A stretch of 64,000 nucleotides of DNA from Flaccisagitta enflata (taxonomy: Eukaryota), in the NCBI GenBank assembly GCA_965153355.1, contig OZ231126.1:41602001-41666000 (forward strand), in the 5' to 3' direction. Shown here piece by piece: positions 13,832 to 27,482 of this stretch (its first letter is position 1; each line of letters begins with the position of its first letter). The notes beneath the pieces were generated by a model, which worked only from the letters and a program-made list of their open reading frames with translations, did no database searches and was not told where the DNA came from. The translations under genes and the position numbers were made by a program.

Positions 13832-14113
13832 TTTTTGGTCGCCTGCTACGCGACTCTACAACCCGCTTTGTCGGTCCGTCCGTCCGTCGGTCTGTCCGTC
13901 TGTCCGTCAGTCCGTCCGTCCGTCCGTCCGTCCGTCCGTCCGTCCGTCCGTCCGTCCGTCCGTCCGTCCGTCCGTCCGTCACCCTTTACTTTTTTTGTTT
14001 TTTTTTTCCTGCGGTTTTTGGCCTCACTGCTCCTGCCCAAATGATTAAGTGACCTCAAATACAGCCCCTGCCCACCCGCACGCGACTGGGGTAGCCGTGT
14101 ATCCGGCCTTGGT
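13832..14113 (+). mobile_element. HINE/DINE-like element family A
   Basis: T-run, hairpin gtcgcctgctacgcgac, (GTCC)n, subterminal cacgcgact, stem-loop gccgtgtatccggc, then ttggtt. Confidence 0.85.
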
Positions 14114-14213
14114 TTTTTTTAAGACGGCGGCCGCGGCGACAATGCAAGTGCGGTGGTAGAAGAATGATAATGGAGGAAGAGGAGATGAAGGAGGAGGAGG
14201 AGAATGACGAGTA

Positions 14214-14644
14214 CACTCTTTTATTTTTATAAGAACCTAGTTTATAAGAACATCAAGGCTTCAAGTGGCTTCAAAATTAAGAACATCTTAAGAACATACG
14301 AAGGCTTTAAATCTTGAGAAAAAATTCCGCTTACAATATTATTTGAAGAACGTTAGGAAAACACTTGAATTTTAGTGTAATTAAGATGATGTTTTATATT
14401 TCTTAAATAAACATCATGAAAATATCCCCAGACTTTAATAATTGGCGTTTTTTTTTAACATTATTTAATAGAAATGTGTTTAGTGTAATTGATTAATAGT
14501 ATATTATAAGGTTTCTTATAGTTTATATAGTATTTGAAATTAAGAACTCTCTAAGAACGTTGAAGGCTTCATTTGGCTTTGGAAATAAGAAAATGAAGCC
14601 TTTGAAAAAAAAATGACGTTCTTATAAAAAAAAAAAAAAGAGTG
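14214..14644. mobile_element. TA-flanked MITE (Tc1/mariner type)
   Basis: TA|cactcttttatttttataagaac ... gttcttataaaaaaaaaaaaaagagtg|TA. Confidence 0.85.
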
Positions 14645-15316
14645 TATAGGGGAAAGCAGTATGAGGAGAAACAGTAGAAAGATGATGCGGTGGGGGTTGG
14701 AGAATGGAGATATAGCGATGAAAAAAGAAATAGGGAGAGGCATTTTGTAGGGAAGAAAAGATGTGTTGAGAGCAGATAAGAAAAATTTAGAATTGATTGT
14801 ATGGGAACATGAAAGAGTAATTTGAGTGTAAAGCTAAAACAAAATAGTGGAAAACAAAAGGTATGGAAAGTGAAAGTGGAGGTAGCGATACAGGTGATAT
14901 TGGAGACAGGAAAGCCGCATGAAAGAGAATCAAATTGTTACAACAGTAAAACGCTGCAATAAGGAAACTTCGAGTAACGGAAAATAGCTTAAAATAAGTT
15001 AAATATCTATTTTTTTTTCTTTCTTGGTAATATTAGAAATTTGACAGATGAAGTTTGTTTATTACTTGACGTCGGGTATTGCGGGGTTAAACTGTAACGC
15101 TATTGACTAACACCTGTACACTTATTATTGTCAAAAGATCAAACAACTGTCAAATCTAAACATACATATTTAGCCATATGCCAATTTTTCCACCAGTCAG
15201 AGCTGGAAAAAATCTTCACTTTGCTCATGAATTTCACCTTGTTTGCTTCGTACAAAATCGAATAAAATCAAAAACAGTAAAAACATTCCCTCTGCAAATA
15301 ATGGCAAAATTACCAG

Positions 15317-15618
15317 AACAAGCCCGACCGGGCAACGATGCGTCCGGGCTGTGTCTTTGCATGTATTGATCATGTGATATATATGGAGAGACAGGTGGAC
15401 GAGCAGAGGGGTGGAATGACAAAATAGTAAAGGAGGCTCTCAAAATATGTTGGTTGATCATTTGTTTCAGTAACGAATCTCAACGCGGCAAAAAACAGCT
15501 GAAAAACGCGGTTTTAGCACTTGCGTAACGGACGGACATACGGACGGACCGACGGACGGACGGACGGACGGACTGACCGACAAACCTTCTTATAGAGATG
15601 CGAGGACGCATCTAAAAA
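15317..15618 (-). mobile_element. Full HINE-like monomer family E, parent of the satellite
   Basis: aacaa-gcccgaccgggc stem-loop, subTIR gatgcgtcc, (GACG)n, hairpin agatgcg-agga-cgcatct, AAAAA; inverted homolog at 62736-63021. Confidence 0.88.
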
Positions 15619-16047
15619 CGTTAAGAGGCTCTCAAAGCAGTATATAAAGTGCTCGGTCTAGCATGTGACATCACTGCAATCGTAAGGTGAAGATAACTGC
15701 GTTGTCCTCTGTATTTCTTGCAGACAAAAACGTTCACCATTGATTAATGAGATTTGCATAAAGCAGTGCTAGTCGTACTCAAATATCACATAGTTAACAT
15801 AACAGATTGATTATGATTCAATAACCTGGCCTAAAAAACTTTATATTTCGTAAAGAAAACAATGACAAAAACACATGATAATTCAGTTTACAACATCCGG
15901 ATAAATTGTTTAGCATAGAAACCGACAGAACAGAGATAATTCATGAATTGTTTTGTAAAAAAAATTGAAACATGGAGGTGGGTGGGATGGGGGCAAGATC
16001 CAAGCAATCAGAAGTAATGTTAAGTGGGATAGCTGTCACGTAACTCA

Positions 16048-19000
16048 AGAGATGCGAGGACGCATCTAAAAATGCTTGGGAGTGGTTTGGGAGGGATTGG
16101 TTTGGTTATTGATTGATTTTCGAGAAAGGGTAACGGACCGACGGACGGACCGACGGACGGACGGACAGACCCTCTTATAGAGATGCGAGGACGCATCTAA
16201 AAATGCTTGGGAGTGGTTTGGGAGGGATTGGTTTGGTTATTGATTGATTTTCGAGAAAGGGTAACGGACCGACGGACGGACCGACGGACGGACGGACAGA
16301 CCCTCTTATAGAGATGCGAGGACGCATCTAAAATGGTCAGGGGTGGTTGTTGGGTGATTTGAGATGGATAGATGTGATTTAAGCAGAAAAAGGTAACGAC
16401 CTAGACGGACGGACCGACGGACGGACGGACAGACCCTCTTATAGAGATGCGAGGACGCATCTAAAAATGCTTGGGAGTGGTTGGGGAGGGATTGGTTTGC
16501 TATTGATTGATTTTCATAGCTGGTGACCGACGGACCGACGGACGGACCGGACGGACGGACGGACACACCCTCTTATAGAGATGCAGGACGCATCTAAAAA
16601 ATGTGTTGGGGAGGGTTTGGGAGGGATTGTCTACATGATTGATTTTCGGAGAAAGGGCAACGACCGAACGGACTGACCGACGGACGGACGGACAGACCCT
16701 CTTATAGAGATGCGAGGACGCATCTAAAAATGCTTGGGACTTGATCCTTGACCTCCTCGCGGCTGAAAAGGGCCAAAAACTGTGATTTTCAAGGAGGCGT
16801 AACGGACCGACGGACGGACCGACGGACGGACGGACAGACCCTCTTATAGAGATGCGAGGACGCATCTAAAAATGCTTGGGAGTGGTTTGGGAGGGATTGG
16901 TTTGGTTATTGATTGATTTTCGAGAAAGGGTAACGGACCGACGGACGGACCGACGGACGGACGGACAGACCCTCTTATAGAGATGCGAGGACGCATCTAA
17001 AATGGTCAGGGGTGGTTGTTGGGTGATTTGAGATGGATAGATGTGATTTAAGAGAAAGGGTAACGACCGACGGATGATCGACGGACGGACGGACAGACCC
17101 CTCTTATAGAGATGCGAGGACGCATCTAAAAATGCTTGGGAGTGGCTTGGGAGGGATTGGTTTGGTTATTGATTGATTTTCGAGAAAGGGTAACGGACCG
17201 ACGGACGGACCGACGGACGGACGGACAGACCCTCTTATAGAGATGCGAGGACGCATCTAAAAATGCTTGGGAGTGGTTTGGGAGGGATTGGTTTGGTTAT
17301 TGATTGATTTTCGAGAAAGGGTAACGGACCGACGGACGGACCGACGGACGGACGGACAGACCCTCTTATAGAGATGCGTGAGGACGCATCTAAAAATGCT
17401 TGGGAGTGGTTTGGGAGATTGGTTTGGTTATTGATTATCAGATTTTCGAGAAAAAGGTAAACCCAGACTCCACGGACGGATTCCACGGACGGACGGACAG
17501 ACTTTCTTATAGAGACATTTTGTGACTCATCTAAAAATGCTGGAGTGGTTTAGAGGGATTACTTGCTATTGATTGATTTTCGAGAAAGGGTAACGGACCG
17601 ACCGGGATCTTTATCGACGGACGGACGACAGCACTCTCTTTATAGAGATGCGAGGACGATCTAAAAATGCTTGGGAGTGGTTTGGGAGGGGATTGGTTTG
17701 CTATTGACTGATTTTCGAGAAAGGGTAACGGACCGACGGACGGACTGACGGACGGGATTTGACAGACTCTCTATAGAGATGCGAGGACGCATCTAAAAAT
17801 GCTTGGGAGGGTTTGGGAGGGATTATCGTGTATATTGATTGATTTTCGAGAAGGGTAACGGATCGACGGGACGGACCGACGGGACCAACGGAGACAGACC
17901 CTCTTATAGAGATGCGAGGACGCATCTAAAAATGCTTGATCCTTGACATCCTCGCGGCTGAAAAGGGCCAAAAACTGCGATTTTCAAGGAGGCGTAACGG
18001 ACCGACGGACGGACCGACGGACGGACGGACAGACCCTCTTATAGAGATGCGAGGACGCATCTAAAAATGCTTGGGAGTGGTTTGGGAGGGATTGGTTTGG
18101 TTATTGATTGATTTTCGAGAAAGGGTAACGGACCGACGGACGGACCGACGGACGGACGGACAGACCCTCTTATAGAGATGCGAGGACGCATCTAAAAATG
18201 CTTGGGAGTGGTTTGGGAGGGATTGGTTTGGTTATTGATTGATTTTCGAGAAAGGGTAACGGACCGACGGACGGACCGACGGACGGACGGACAGACCCTC
18301 TTATAGAGATGCGAGGACGCATCTAAAAATGCTTGGGAGTGGTTTGGGAGGGATTGGTTTGGTTATTGATTGATTTTCGAGAAAGGGTAACGGACCGACG
18401 GACGGACCGACGGACGGACGGACAGACCCTCTTATAGAGATGCGAGGACGCATCTAAAAATGCTTGGGAGTGGTTTGGGAGGGATTGGTTTGGTTATTGA
18501 TTGATTTTCGAGAAAGGGTAACGGACCGACGGACGGACCGACGGACGGACGGACAGACCCTCTTATAGAGATGCGAGGACGCATCTAAAAATGCTTGGGA
18601 GTGGTTTGGGAGGGATTGGTTTGGTTATTGATTGATTTTCGAAAAAGGGTAACGGACCGACGGACGGACGGACGGACGGACGGACGGACAGACCCTCTTA
18701 TAGAGATGCGAGGACGCATCTAAAAATGCTTGGGAGGGGTTTGGGAGGGATTGGTTTGGTTATTGATTGATTCAGAAAGGGTAACGGACCGATGGACGGA
18801 CCGACGGGATCGGACGGACAGACCCTCTTATAGAGATGCCAGGACGACGCATCTAAAAATGCTTGGGAGTGGCTTTGGGAGGTGGGATTGGTTTGGTTAT
18901 TGATTGATTTTCGGAAACAGCCGCGAAAAGCAGTTTTTGTACAGATATCTGACGGACTGACGGACGGACGGACAGACCCTCTTATAGATGTGCTATACGC

Positions 19001-22000
19001 ATCTAAAATGCTTTCAAGGGTTTGGGAGGGATTGGTTTGGCTATTGATTGATTTTCGAGAAAGGGTAACGGACCTCTACGGACGACCGACGGACGGACGG
19101 ATAGACCCTTATAGAGATGGTGACGCATCTAAAAATGCTTGGGAGTGGTTTAGAGGATTATTGTTTATTGATTGATTTTCGAGAAAGGGTAACGGACCGA
19201 CGGACGGACCTACGGACGGACGACAGACCTCCTATAGAGATGCTAGACGCATCTAAAAATGCTTGGGAGTGGTTTGGGAGGGATTGGTTTGGTTATTGAT
19301 TGATTTTCGAGAAAGGGTAACGGACCGACGGACGGACCGACGGACGGACGGACAGACCCTCTTATAGAGATGCGAGGACGCATCTAAAAATGCTTGGGAG
19401 TGGTTTGGGAGGGATTGGTTTGGTTATTGATTGATTTTCGAGAAAGGGTAACGGACCGACGGACGGACCGACGGACGGACGGACAGACCCTCTTATAGAG
19501 ATGCGAGGACGCATCTAAAAATGCTTGGGAGTGGTTTGGGAGGGATTGGTTTGGTTATTGATTGATTTTCGAGAAAGGGTAACGGACCGACGGACGGACC
19601 GACGGACGGACGGACAGACCCTCTTATAGAGATGCGAGGACGCATCTAAAAATGCTTGGGAGTGGTTTGGGAGGGATTGGTTTGGTTATTGATTGATTTT
19701 CGAGAAAGGGTAACGGACCGACGGACGGACCGACGGACGGACGGACAGACCCTCTTATAGAGATGCGAGGACGCATCTAAAAATGCTTGGGAGTGGTTTG
19801 GGAGGGATTGGTTTGGTTATTGATTGATTTTCGAGAAAGGGTAACGGACACTCGGAAGAGCACACGGACGGACCGACGGACGGACGGACAGACCCTCTTA
19901 TAGAGATGCGAGGACGCATCTAAAAATGCTTGGGAGTGGTTTGGGAGGGATTGGTTTGGTTATTGATTGATTTTCGAGAAAGGGTAACGGCTCTTACGAT
20001 CTCACGGACGGACCGACGGACGGACGGACAGACCCTCTTATAGATGCGAGGACGATCTAAAAATGCTTGGGAGTGGTTTGGGAGGGATTGGGTTTATATT
20101 GATTGATTTTCAGTAGTAACGACCGACGGACGGACCGACGGGACGTACCTGGACAGGCCCTCTATAGGAGATGCAGGACGATCTAAAAATGCTTGGGAGT
20201 GGTTTGGGAGGATTGGTTTGGAAGCTATTGATTGATTTTCGAGAAAGGGTAACGGACCGACGGACTTGGACTTAATGGACGGACGGACAGACTCCTTTCT
20301 TATAGAGATGCTAGACGCATCAAAAATGCTGGGAGTGGTTTGGGGAGGACATTGGTTAACATTGATTTTCTATAAAGGGTAACGGACCGACGGACGGACC
20401 GACGGACGGACGTACAGACTTTCTATAGAGATGCGCAGACGCATCTAAAAATGCTTGGAGTGGCTTGGGAGGGATTGGTTTGGTTATTGATTGATTTTCG
20501 AGAAAGGGTAACGGACCGACGGACGGACCGACGGACGGACGGACAGACCCTCTTATAGAGATGCGAGGACGCATCTAAAAATGCTTGGGAGTGGTTTGGG
20601 AGGGATTGGTTTGGTTATTGATTGATTTTCGAGAAAGGGTAACGGACCGACGGACGGACCGACGGACGGACGGACAGACCCTCTTATAGAGATGCGAGGA
20701 CGCATCTAAAATGGTCAGGGGTGGTTGTTGGGTGATTTGAGATGGATAGATGTGATTTAAGTAGGGCGGTAACGGACCGTACTGACGGACCGACGGACTG
20801 ACGGACAGACCTTCAGGAGATGCAGTACTTGATCCTTGACATCCTCGCGGCTGAAAAGGGCCAAAAACTGCGATTTTCAAGGAGGCGTAACGGACCGACG
20901 GACGGACCGACGGACGGACGGACAGACCCTCTTATAGAGATGCGAGGACGCATCTAAAAATGCTTGGGAGTGGTTTGGGAGGGATTGGTTTGGTTATTGA
21001 TTGATTTTCGAGAAAGGGTAACGGACCGACGGACGGACCGACGGACGGACGGACAGACCCTCTTATAGAGATGCGAGGACGCATCTAAAAATGCTTGGGA
21101 GTGGTTTGGGAGGGATTGGTTTGGTTATTGATTGATTTTCGAGAAAGGGTAACGGACCGACGGACGGACCGACGGACGGACGGACAGACCCTCTTATAGA
21201 GATGCGAGGACGCATCTAAAAATGCTTGGGAGTGGTTTGGGAGGGATTGTTTGGCTGAAAAGGGCCAAAAACTGTGATTTTCAAGGAGGCGTAATGGACC
21301 GACGGACGGACCGACGGACGGACGGACAGACCCTCTTATATAGAGATGCGAGGACGCATCTAAAAATGCTTGGGAGTGGTTTGGGAGGGATTGGTTTGGT
21401 TATTGATTGATTTTCGAGAAAGGGTAACGGACCGACGGACGGACCGACGGACGGACGGACAGACCCTCTTATAGAGAGATGAGTGACGCATCTAAAAATG
21501 CTTGGGAGTATTTGGGAGGGATTGGTTTGGCTATTGATTGATTTTCGAGAAAGGGTAACTGACCGACGGATTGACCGACGGTCGGACGGACGGACAGACC
21601 CTCTTAGAGAGTTGCGAGGACGATCTAAAAATGCTTGGGAGTGGTTTGGGAGGATTGGCTTGGTTGGTTGGATTGATTTCAGAAAGGGCAACGGACCCGA
21701 CGGACGGACCAAGGGACGGACGGACAGACCTCTTATGATGAGACGCATCTAAAACAAGTTGGGAGTATCAGAGGATTGGTTTGGCTATTGATTGATTTTC
21801 GAGAAAGGGTAACGGACCGACGACGGGATCCACGGGACGGGACGGACAGAATTTTATAGAGATGAGACGATTCTAAAAATGCTTGGGAGTGGTTTGGGAG
21901 GGATTGGTTTGGCTATTGATTGATTTTCTAGAAAGGGTAACGGACTGATTGACGGACCGACTGGACGGACTGACAGACCCTCTTATAGAGATGCGTGACG

Positions 22001-24362
22001 CACCCAAAATGCTTGGGGTTTGGGAGGGAGCTTGTTTGGTTATTGATCATTTTCAGAAAGGGTAACGGACCGATTTAATGACCATTGAGGACGGACAGAC
22101 CTTCCTATAGAGATGCGAGACGATCTAAAAATGCTTGGGAGTGGCTTGGGAGGGATTGGTTTGGTTATTGATTGATTTTCGGCAAAGGGTAACGGACCGA
22201 CGGACGGACCGACTGACGGACGGACAGACCCTCTTATAGAGATGCGAGGACGCATCTAAAATGCTTGGGAGTGGTTTGGGAGGGATTATTTGGTTATTGA
22301 TTGATTTTCGAGAAAAACTGACCGACGGACGGACCGACGGACGGACGGACAGACCCTCTATAGAGATGCGAGGACGTCGCACCAAAATGCTTGGGACTTG
22401 ATCCTTGACATCCTCGCGGCTGAAAAGGGCCAAAAACTGTGATTTTCAAGGAGGCGTAACGGACCGACGGACGGACCGACGGACGGACGGACAGACCCTC
22501 TTAAGATGCGAGGACGCATCTAAAAATGCTTGGGAGTGGTTTGGGAGGGATTGGTTTGGCTATTGATTGATTTTCGAGAAAGGGTAACGGACCGACGGAC
22601 GGACCGACGGACGGACGGACAGACCCTCTTATAGAGATGCGAGGACGCATCTAAAAATGCTTGGGAGTGGTTTGGGAGGGATTGGTTTGGTTATTGATTG
22701 ATTTTCGAGAAAGGGTAACGGACCGACGGACGGACCGACGGACGGACGGACAGACCCTCTTATAGAGATGCGAGGACGCATCTAAAAATGCTTGGGAGTG
22801 GTTTGGGAGGGATTGGTTTGGTTATTGATTGATTTTCGAGAAAGGGTAACGGACCGACGGACGGACCGACGGACGGACGGACAGACCCTCTTATAGAGAT
22901 GCGAGGACGCATCTAAAAATGCTTGGGAGTGGTTTGGGAGGGATTGGTTTGGTTATTGATTGATTTTCGAGAAAGGGTAACGGACCGACGGACGGACCGA
23001 CGGACGGACGGACAGACCCTCTTATAGAGATGCGAGGACGCATCTAAAAATGCTTGGGACTTGATCCTTGACATCCTCGCGGCTGAAAAGGGCCAAAAAC
23101 TGTGATTTTCAAGGAGGCGTAACGGACCGACGGACGGACCGACGGACGGACGGACAGACCCTCTTATAGAGATGCGAGGACGCATCTAAAAATGCTTGGG
23201 AGTGGTTTGGGAGGGATTGGTTTGGTTATTGATTGATTTTCGAGAAAGGGTAACGGACCGACGGACGGACCGACGGACGGACGGACAGACCCTCTTATAG
23301 AGATGCGAGGACGCATCTAAAAATGCTTGGGAGTGGTTTGGGAGGGATTGGTTTGGTTATTGATTGATTTTCGAGAAAGGGTAACGGACCGACGGACGGA
23401 CTGACGGATGGACAGACAGACCCTCTTATAGAGATGCGAGGACGCATCTAAAAATACTTGGGAGTGGTTTGGGAGGGATTGGTTTGGCTATTGATTGATT
23501 TTCTAGAAAGGGTAACGGACTGACGACGGACTGGACGGACGGACGGACAGACCCTCTTATAGAGATGCGAGGACGCATCTAAAAATGCTTGGGAGTGGTT
23601 TGGGAGGGATTGGTTTGGTTATTGATTGATTGAGAAAGGGTAACGGACCGATGACGGACCGACGGACGGATGGGGACAGACCTCTTATAGAGATGCGAGG
23701 ACGCATCTAAAAATGCTTGGGAGTACTTGGGAGGGATTGGTTTGGTTATTGATTGATTTTCGAGAAAGGGTCACGGACCGACGGACGGACTGACGGACGG
23801 ACGGACAGACCCTCTTATAGAGATGCGAGGACGCATCTAAAAATGCTTGGGAGGTTTGGAGTGATTGATTTGGTTATTGATTGATTTTCGAGAAAGGGTA
23901 ACGGACCGACGGACGGGATCGACGGATGGACGGACAGACCTCTTATAGAGATGCGAGGACGCATCTAAAAATGCTTGGGAGTGGTTTGGGGGAGGATTGG
24001 TTTGCTATTGATTGATTTTCGAGAAAGGTCACGGACCGACGGACGACCGACGGACGGACGGACCGACAGACCCTCTTATAGAGATGCGACGCATCTAAAA
24101 ATGCTTGGGAGTGGTTTGGGAGGGATTGTTTGGTTATTGATTGATTTTCGAGAAAGGGTAACGGACCGACGGACGGACCGACGGACGGACGGACAGACCC
24201 TCTTATAGAGATGCGAGGACGCATCTAAAAATGCTTGGGAGTGGTTTGGGAGGGATTGGTTTGGTTATTGATTGATTTTCGAGAAAGGGTAACGGACCGA
24301 CGGACGGACCGACGGACGGACGGACAGACCCTCTTATAGAGATGCGAGGACGCATCTAAAAA
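16048..24362. repeat. Satellite of about 63 copies of a 131-bp unit derived from the hairpin end of HINE family E
   Basis: Period measured at 18061, 18192, 18323; each unit is a G/T-rich spacer, (GACG/GACC)n, then ctcttatagagatgcgaggacgcatctaaaaa. Confidence 0.97.
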
Positions 24363-24812
24363 CCTAATCAACATCAGGTGCTCACCAAATCTCCATAAAG
24401 ATAGAAAATTGGATACGGATTTCACAACTAAAAAGCTTATGAAAAGTTCTTTAATTTGGCCATAGATTTCAATTGATTTTGTGAAAGTGAATGCTTTCAA
24501 AATTGAAATCAAAGTTATGGAGAAAATTGGTACCTGGGTGTTGATTGTTGGTTGTCAAGGGTTGATAAAGGTTGAAATAATCATCCAAAACGGGGCAAAA
24601 TATAGAAAACAATGCGGAATATATTGAGAAATAATCATCTAATACCCTATATCAAGGATTTGTATTGTTCCTCACCAGCAGTAGCGAGGCATCTATAGTT
24701 GTAGCACTACTTTGACAATAATTAGTGGACAGGTGTTAATGAATTATTTGAGTATTACTTATAAGTAACCCGGGGTTGCAATATCGTTGCGAATGGGTGG
24801 GTTTAGGCTTAC

Positions 24813-24843
24813 ATTCCCCGTTCCGATCCGCACCCCGACCACG
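24813..24843 (-). CDS. Candidate 31-nt upstream exon RGRGADRNGE(L) of the RIM-BP-like gene
   Basis: tatttttAG acceptor, T|GTAAGC donor, phase 1 end compatible with exon 13805; no homology support. Confidence 0.35.
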
Positions 24844-25418
24844 CTAAAAATATACAATTCGCAGAATCACCGGCATTCAATCCTTATCGACCAAAAAGAC
24901 TTATCGTTTACAACCATCTGAGCTACAGGATGAGTTTTGGAGTCGCTTTAAAACCCGGATTAGGCTACTAAAACGCGCCAACTCAGAGAAATCGAGGGAG
25001 AGAAAAAAGTTGTCAGAAATTTTAATGTCCCTCAACCCTAGCGTATCTGCTACAAAATTTAAGAAAATATCATTATTTTTATCAGACTTTGCTAAATTTA
25101 TCACAGAGTCAGACCATAGTGCTTTTTTTGGCGATGAAAATAGTATTAAATAACAGAAATTAAAAAAATGCTTGAGAAACCTCGTTTTGACTGAAATCAG
25201 AGAACCGTGGGGTCATGTTCGCCCATAAGCCTTGTAGATTAAGCTATGTTGATTCTAAATCTGTTTTTAAAAATCTCGTGCGATATGGCGGAAAATGGCG
25301 AGAGGCGAAACTGTGAACCCTTTTCATTAGAGGTAGGAGAATGAATATGGTCATGGAATCGACGCGAAAAACTGACGCAGATGATTCATGCATCGTATTC
25401 CCGATGCTACGCATTTTC

Positions 25419-25648
25419 ATTTTTAGTCACGTGCTACGCGACTCTACACCCTGCTTTGTCGGTCAGTCTGACCATCTGTTGGTCCGTCCGTCTGTCTGTC
25501 CATCCGTCTGTCCGTCCATCACACTTTACTTTTTTTGGGTTTTTGCAGTTTTTGGCCTCACTGCTTCTGCCAAAATGATGGAGTGACCACAATTATGCCC
25601 CCTGCCCACCCACACGCGACTGGGGTAACTGTGTATCCAGCCTTGTTT
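25419..25648 (+). mobile_element. HINE-like element family A
   Basis: ttttagtcacgtgctacgcgact ... cacgcgactggggtaactgtgtatccagccttgtt. Confidence 0.85.
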
Positions 25649-25785
25649 TAAAACTCTTTATTGTAAGTTTCAAACTGAAAATAAGATATAGAAAATAAGA
25701 TATATCAATAGAACTGACTTTTATGGGGATTACCCGACTTTTATGGGGATTACCCAGGACAAGTTGTCCAAAGAAAGCACGCCAA

Positions 25786-27135
25786 TTTTCAGTTGCATGC
25801 TAGGCGACTCTACACCCCGCTATGTCGGTCGGTTGGGCGGTTGGTTGGTTGGTCAGTTGGTCCCCTTTTTGGGCAGCGGCCCCAAAGGGTCAATGTCCTT
25901 TAGGACTCAGGGTTGAACCATTCATTGTGTACGTCTGTCCATCCCCCCCCCCCAGCTCAAATTCCTCAAATTCCAATTGAATAACATGGGAAATTGATAA
26001 TATGCAAACTTCCCATCAAATAACATGGAAAATTGATGAAAAAAAGAAAACAAGGCCAGATACACGGCCACCAGTAGCGGACGGGTGGGCAGGGGCGGAA
26101 ATGCGCGTTTTCACACTTTTCGACTCGTGGTCACGGACCGACCGACGGACGGACCGACACAGGCTCTTATAGAGTTGCGTGTCCGCAACTAAAAATGTGA
26201 AATTCCCATTGAATAACATGGCAAATTGATGAGAAATTGAAGAAATGCAAAACTCCCATTGAATGTCATGGAAAATTGCTCCAAAGGCCTCAATTATGCC
26301 CCCTAAGAACATATGGAAATTCACTTGTAACCTACAGGACATCGGCTTTACTGTGCTGCTCTCTTTCCACTTCTTTAGCCATCACTCCAAGCAGAGCATT
26401 GGGTAATGCTGACCATGTGTGATCCTTGGATGACTTGATCTTCTTCTTCCTTCTTCCCTTTCTACTTTAGTTCTTTCTCTTTTTCCTCTTTCTGAGCGGC
26501 GGCCCCAAAGGGCCAATGTCCTGTAGAACACGGGGGAATTTGAGACGTCCATCCTTCCCTCCGTCATTCTGTCCATTTTTCCGTCCGTCCATCCGACCAT
26601 CAAGGCCTAAAATTACCCCTCCCAAGCCTCAATTTAGTCCTCCAGGCCTCAAATTAGCCCTCTTGGCTTTAAATCAGCCCCATATGCCTCAAATCTGCCC
26701 TCCAGACCTCAAATCTGCCCTCCAGACCTTCAATCAGCCCTCTGAGCATAAAATCAGCCCTCTAAACCTCAAATCTGCTCTCTGAGCCTTAATTCTGGCC
26801 TCCAGCCCTCAAATATGCCTTCAGTGGCCTAAATCAGCCAACTAAAGCCTGAAATATACCCCCTCAGGATGGATGGAAGGACGGACGTCTCGAAATTCAC
26901 CCCCGTGTTCTACAGGACATTGGCCCTTTAGGGCCGCTGCCCTCCTCTCACTCCACTTCTTTACTGGATCATTCCCAGCAGGGCATCGGGTACCGCTGAC
27001 CATGTGCTGATCCTTGGATGACTAGTTACTTTTTTGGCGTTTTTGAGCATTTTGAGCATACAGCTCCTGCCCAGATGACCACCTCCTGCTCCTGCCCACC
27101 TGCACGCGACTAGGGTAGCCCTGTATCCGGCCTTT
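25786..27135 (+). mobile_element. Family A HINE split by two family F foldback elements (about 25866-26437 and 26493-27023); the first contains a family C HINE (26049-26194)
   Basis: Family A head at 25786-25865 and tail at 27027-27135 together match intact copies such as 25419-25648. Confidence 0.75.
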
Positions 27136-27324
27136 TTTTTACAATGGCTGAAATTCATTCTTGCCAAGACCTTTCCATCTTTCAAATTGTCATATGGAAA
27201 AGTAAGCTAGGTGCGCGTGAACTGTTATCCTACACAGACCGCTGCCCTCAGTCGTTGAAAGAAAATTCCCTCAAAGGTGCAGACATGAACATCAAAATCA
27301 CGATCAATCATAAAACCATTGAAA

Positions 27325-27482
27325 AACAAGGCCGGATACACGGCCACCAGTTGTGACGCAGGGCAGGGGCGGAAATGCGCGTTTTCCCACTCTTCAACTT
27401 CGAGCGTGACGGACCGACCGACAGACCGGACCGGACCGAATCGACGGACGGAGTTTTATAGAGTTGTTATTCATAACTAAAA
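27325..27482 (-). mobile_element. HINE-like element family C
   Basis: aacaaggccggatacacggc..gcaggggcggaaatgcgcg..(gacc)n..tatagagttg..aactaaaa. Confidence 0.8.

Larger units (their letters stand above)
15110..24736. mobile_element. Non-autonomous TIR element inflated to 9.6 kb by a nested HINE and satellite
   Basis: TA|acacctgtacacttattattgtcaaa ... tttgacaataattagtggacaggtgt|TA (24/26 inverted match); a short relative at 46803-47067 shares both subterminal regions. Confidence 0.8.

Noticed and set aside
16048-24362. CRISPR array (palindromic repeat with variable spacers)
   Set aside because: Eukaryotic context, spacers mostly identical, no cas genes, and the repeat is the end of a dispersed HINE
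16306-24512. Repeated MRPRISIRGSVRPSVG ORFs
   Set aside because: Chance frames through the satellite unit
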